Origin: Caedimonas varicaedens
GTDB taxonomy: Bacteria > Pseudomonadota > Alphaproteobacteria > Caedimonadales > Caedimonadaceae
Direction of reading: 5' to 3'
DNA: 29,814 nucleotides
Assembly (NCBI GenBank): GCA_001192655.1
Contig: BBVC01000067.1
Location: 1-29,814, forward strand
The position numbers and the translations under genes are program-made. Within the stretch, counting starts at the first letter, position 1. The number at the start of each line of letters is the position of its first letter. This document shows positions 27,338 through 29,814 of this stretch, piece after piece. The notes under the pieces were generated by a model that worked only from the letters and a program-made list of their open reading frames with translations, was not told where the DNA came from and searched no databases.

Positions 27338-28096
27338 CTATTTATTATCTTTCCGTTCAAGGAATAGTACTTCAGAGTTTGGATGAGAGATTGTTGAGAG
27401 AGTGGAGGTGTACTTCTCAGAAGCTGTCGTTAAATAGCTAAAGCGCATAGAATCAAAAGCTCGCATTTCATACGCATCATTCCAAAAATGCCATTCCAGA
27501 CAAACACTTTTGTAAAAAGCATCCAACATCTTTTGTTTAATATGTGGGGAAGCATTCAGTGCCAAATCGTCAAAGATATTAATAGCTTCTTCAACGCTTT
27601 TGCCAAAGTCTTCGCTAGCGTATGTTTCAATCCAACGCCTATAAGGATTGTTAGTGTCGGAATGCTTAATAATAAATAATCCAACCTCTCTATAAATCCA
27701 AAAGCATGGAAGGACAGCTGCTACGGCTACTTCTACCGGCTCTACAACGCAACAGCGCAATAAATAACTCGTATAGCTGAGCGTCGCTGGCGTGAGCAAT
27801 CCGGTCTCTTTAAACCCAAAGATTTTTTTAAAGAACTGATGAACGACTTCTTGTTCCGTGATGAATGTATAATCTGCATATTTTAAAAACGTGCGCACAT
27901 ATTCAAGTGAAATCTTGGAGGCAATGATCCCATGACATCTCGCAAAATCTTGCAAATAAAGGATATCTTGTTCAATGTAAAAGGAAAATTTATCTTGAGA
28001 TAACTTTCCTTTCATAAGCTCTTGGTTAAATGGATGTTGGATAATTGCATTGTACACATCTTCTGATAATGTCCAGGCTCTTGTTGATAATTTCAT
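27338..28096 (-). CDS. tenA: Thiaminase II / aminopyrimidine aminohydrolase TenA
   Basis: HPFNQELMKGKLSQDKFSFYIEQDILYLQDFAR, WIETYASEDF, and CLEWHFWNDAY are TenA-like. The ATG at 28096 has an AGGAG RBS. The 22-aa upstream extension in the ORF track overlaps thiD and was rejected. Confidence 0.82.
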   Translation of the reverse strand: MKLSTRAWTLSEDVYNAIIQHPFNQELMKGKLSQDKFSFYIEQDILYLQDFARCHGIIASKISLEYVRTFLKYADYTFITEQEVVHQFFKKIFGFKETGLLTPATLSYTSYLLRCCVVEPVEVAVAAVLPCFWIYREVGLFIIKHSDTNNPYRRWIETYASEDFGKSVEEAINIFDDLALNASPHIKQKMLDAFYKSVCLEWHFWNDAYEMRAFDSMRFSYLTTASEKYTSTLSTISHPNSEVLFLERKDNK

Positions 28097-28100
28097 AGAT

Positions 28101-28928
28101 TTATTCTCCTTTGATTTGGTAAATAGTGGGCCATAAATGGTAAAAATGATGAACGGGGCCATGACCTTTCCCTACAGAAATATCTTTCGCTGCCTTTAAT
28201 GCCTCATATAAATATTTTTTAGCGACTTTGCAGGATTCAGCTAAATCCATGCCAAGCGCTAAGCATGATGCAATTCCTGCTGATAATGTACAGCCTGTAC
28301 CATGAGTATTTCTTGAGTGAATCCTTTGACTTTCGAGATAGAATTCCCGGCCATTTTGGTCTAAATACAGATCGTTTGATAATGCGCTATCCAAATGCCC
28401 CCCTTTCAACAAAACAGCTTTTGTCCCAAAAGAAAGCAACTTATGGCCAAGCTTATGGATGTCTTGAGATGGGAGTGCGTCTATTCCTGCGAGCGTACAG
28501 GCTTCAGGAAAATTAGGGGTAAGGATGGTAGATAATGGAATAAGTAAGGTCTTTAGCGCTTCTACTGCCTCTGGCAATAATAATCTGTCGCCACTCTTGG
28601 CAAACATAACCGGGTCAAGAACAATAGGGATGTGCTGAGCGTGCTGCTTTAGAAAATTTGTCACTATTTCAATGATTTCCCTTGAAAAAAGCATGCCAAT
28701 TTTGATGCTGTCCGGCACAATATCGTTAAATATAGCCTCCAACTGTTCCTCAATGGCTTTTAGAGGTATTTCATAGCAATTTCTTACACCACATGTGTTT
28801 TGTACAGGCAAGGCAGTTAGAACTGTCATGCCGTAACATCCAAAAGCGGAAAAAGTCTTAAGGTCTGCTTGAATGCCAGCTCCACCTGAACCATCAAAGC
28901 CTGCAATAGAAAGGCATTTATACTTCAT
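28101..28928 (-). CDS. thiD: Hydroxymethylpyrimidine/phosphomethylpyrimidine kinase ThiD
   Basis: LSIAGFDGSGGAGIQADLKTFSAFGCYGMTVLTALPVQNT, LLKGGHL, and HGTGCTLSAGIASCLA motifs. Confidence 0.9.
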   Translation of the reverse strand: MKYKCLSIAGFDGSGGAGIQADLKTFSAFGCYGMTVLTALPVQNTCGVRNCYEIPLKAIEEQLEAIFNDIVPDSIKIGMLFSREIIEIVTNFLKQHAQHIPIVLDPVMFAKSGDRLLLPEAVEALKTLLIPLSTILTPNFPEACTLAGIDALPSQDIHKLGHKLLSFGTKAVLLKGGHLDSALSNDLYLDQNGREFYLESQRIHSRNTHGTGCTLSAGIASCLALGMDLAESCKVAKKYLYEALKAAKDISVGKGHGPVHHFYHLWPTIYQIKGE

Positions 28929-29803
28929 GATAATTCCCCGAAATGGGAAAACGGTTGCAGAATAATGTTTATAGGCAAACCTTTTTGAATAAAAGAAATC
29001 TCACCCGCTATTCCACTTATTATCCTACCTATGGGATGCAGCGCATAACCAAATGTAGAGGAAAAATCTGCTTTTATCTTTTGGTATGATTCAGCATTTA
29101 CACTTACTAACAATCCATAATCTTCTCCACCTGTAAGCTGCACAATAGTTTGATCAAGATTTAAAGCATGACATGCCGCTTTAAATTCCTGAGATGGTTC
29201 AAAATTATCCAAATTTATTTCTGCTGCTACTTTTGACGCTCTGCACATTTTTTTAAGGTCAATGAATAATCCGTCCGAAATATCCATCATGGCACTAACT
29301 TCAGACCTTTCACCGAACCACAATCCTTCTCGTATCCTGCTATTGGGTTGAAGAAATGAATCCTTAAATTTCTTTAGCCCCTGCCCTTGCATGTTATGTT
29401 CAAGGGCTTGAAAACCAACATGAGCGTCTCCCAAATTTCCCGCGACACAGATAATATCGCTTTTTCTGGCTGATTTACGTAATTTTATGTGAGTTTTTTT
29501 TACAAGCCCTATGGCCGTCACACTAATGAATAATTTATCAAGGGACTTTGTCGTATCACCTCCTATGAGATGGACTTTACCTATTTCACAAGCTTCCGCA
29601 AAACTCTTTAGAAAATCATTAAAAAATCCCTCTAAGTCGTTTGGAATTGAAACACCAAGGAGGATATACTTCGGTTCTGCACCCATAGCTGCAATATCGC
29701 TCAAATTAACATGCAGAGCCTTGTGTGCCAAGCTTTCAGCATTACAATACCTGCGGCAAAAGTGTATATCTTCAATTAATAAGTCTTTGGTAATAACATA
29801 TAG
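28925..29803 (-). pseudogene. thiL: Thiamine-monophosphate kinase ThiL, 5'-truncated (about 40 N-terminal codons missing)
   Basis: AHKALHVNLSDIAAMGAEP, IGGDTT and LTGGEDYGLL are ThiL motifs. The open frame continues upstream of the ORF-track TTG as (L)YVITKDLLIEDIHF, the ThiL TDxLVEGVHF motif. It then hits a TAG (29804-29806) inside the terminal repeat. Confidence 0.8.
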
Positions 29804-29814
29804 CTAACAACATA
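29798..29814. repeat. Right arm of the 17-bp terminal inverted repeat (ATATAGCTAACAACATA)
   Basis: Exact reverse complement of 1-17. ThiL similarity begins immediately inside it. Confidence 0.9.

Noticed and set aside
27284-27380. Possibility that a complete tRNA gene lies here.
   Set aside because: The sequence 5' of the anticodon loop is the tenA coding end. It cannot pair with the anticodon-stem 3' strand (GATTA versus TCCGC), and there is no D-arm or 5' acceptor strand. Only a 3' half is present.
28097-28162. 22-codon N-terminal extension of the tenA ORF (MAPFIIFTIYGPLFTKSKENKS).
   Set aside because: It overlaps the thiD 3' end. An ATG at 28096 with an AGGAG RBS starts exactly where TenA similarity begins.
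1-29814. CRISPR arrays, rRNA genes, intact tRNA genes, integrase/transposase genes, and a TPP riboswitch upstream of the thiamine genes.
   Set aside because: I saw no regularly spaced direct repeats and no rRNA-like or full tRNA-like sequence. No ORF has recombinase or transposase motifs. tenA-thiD-thiL are packed without a leader, and any thi-box would lie beyond the right edge of the window.

Overview
This window looks like a low-GC alphaproteobacterial chromosome segment. The lineage markers are ChpT, ALA-synthase HemA, ccmAB, and the conserved nuoN-birA-coaX-rnj-DUF1467 block. Most of it is housekeeping. From left to right it holds a truncated PAS histidine kinase plus a FIST sensor, chpT, ubiE, thyX, a GNAT gene, an MBL-hydrolase/tatD pair, yefM-yoeB, xseA, hemA and ccmAB. 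After the T6SS module come a second toxin-antitoxin pair, DUF1467, rnj, coaX, birA, nuoNMLKJ, tenA-thiD and a truncated thiL. The stand-out region is 13.9-16.9 kb, a compact type VI secretion module. Its sheath proteins TssB (VipA) and TssC (VipB) are encoded as one continuous 630-aa ORF. That ORF is followed by a very divergent, N-terminally extended Hcp-like gene and by tssE. No other T6SS core genes are in the window. Four other points are notable. (i) A perfect 17-bp inverted repeat sits at the two extreme ends of the window, and each copy truncates a gene, which suggests flanking IS copies or contig breaks. (ii) A tRNA-Met(CAT) 3'-half remnant with a G10 tract sits exactly where nuoJ is separated from the rest of the nuo operon. 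(iii) nuoJ is about 80 aa longer than usual. (iv) Several palindromes and CtrA-box-like motifs occur in intergenic DNA. All calls come from reading the translations and the sequence by eye; no database searches were run.
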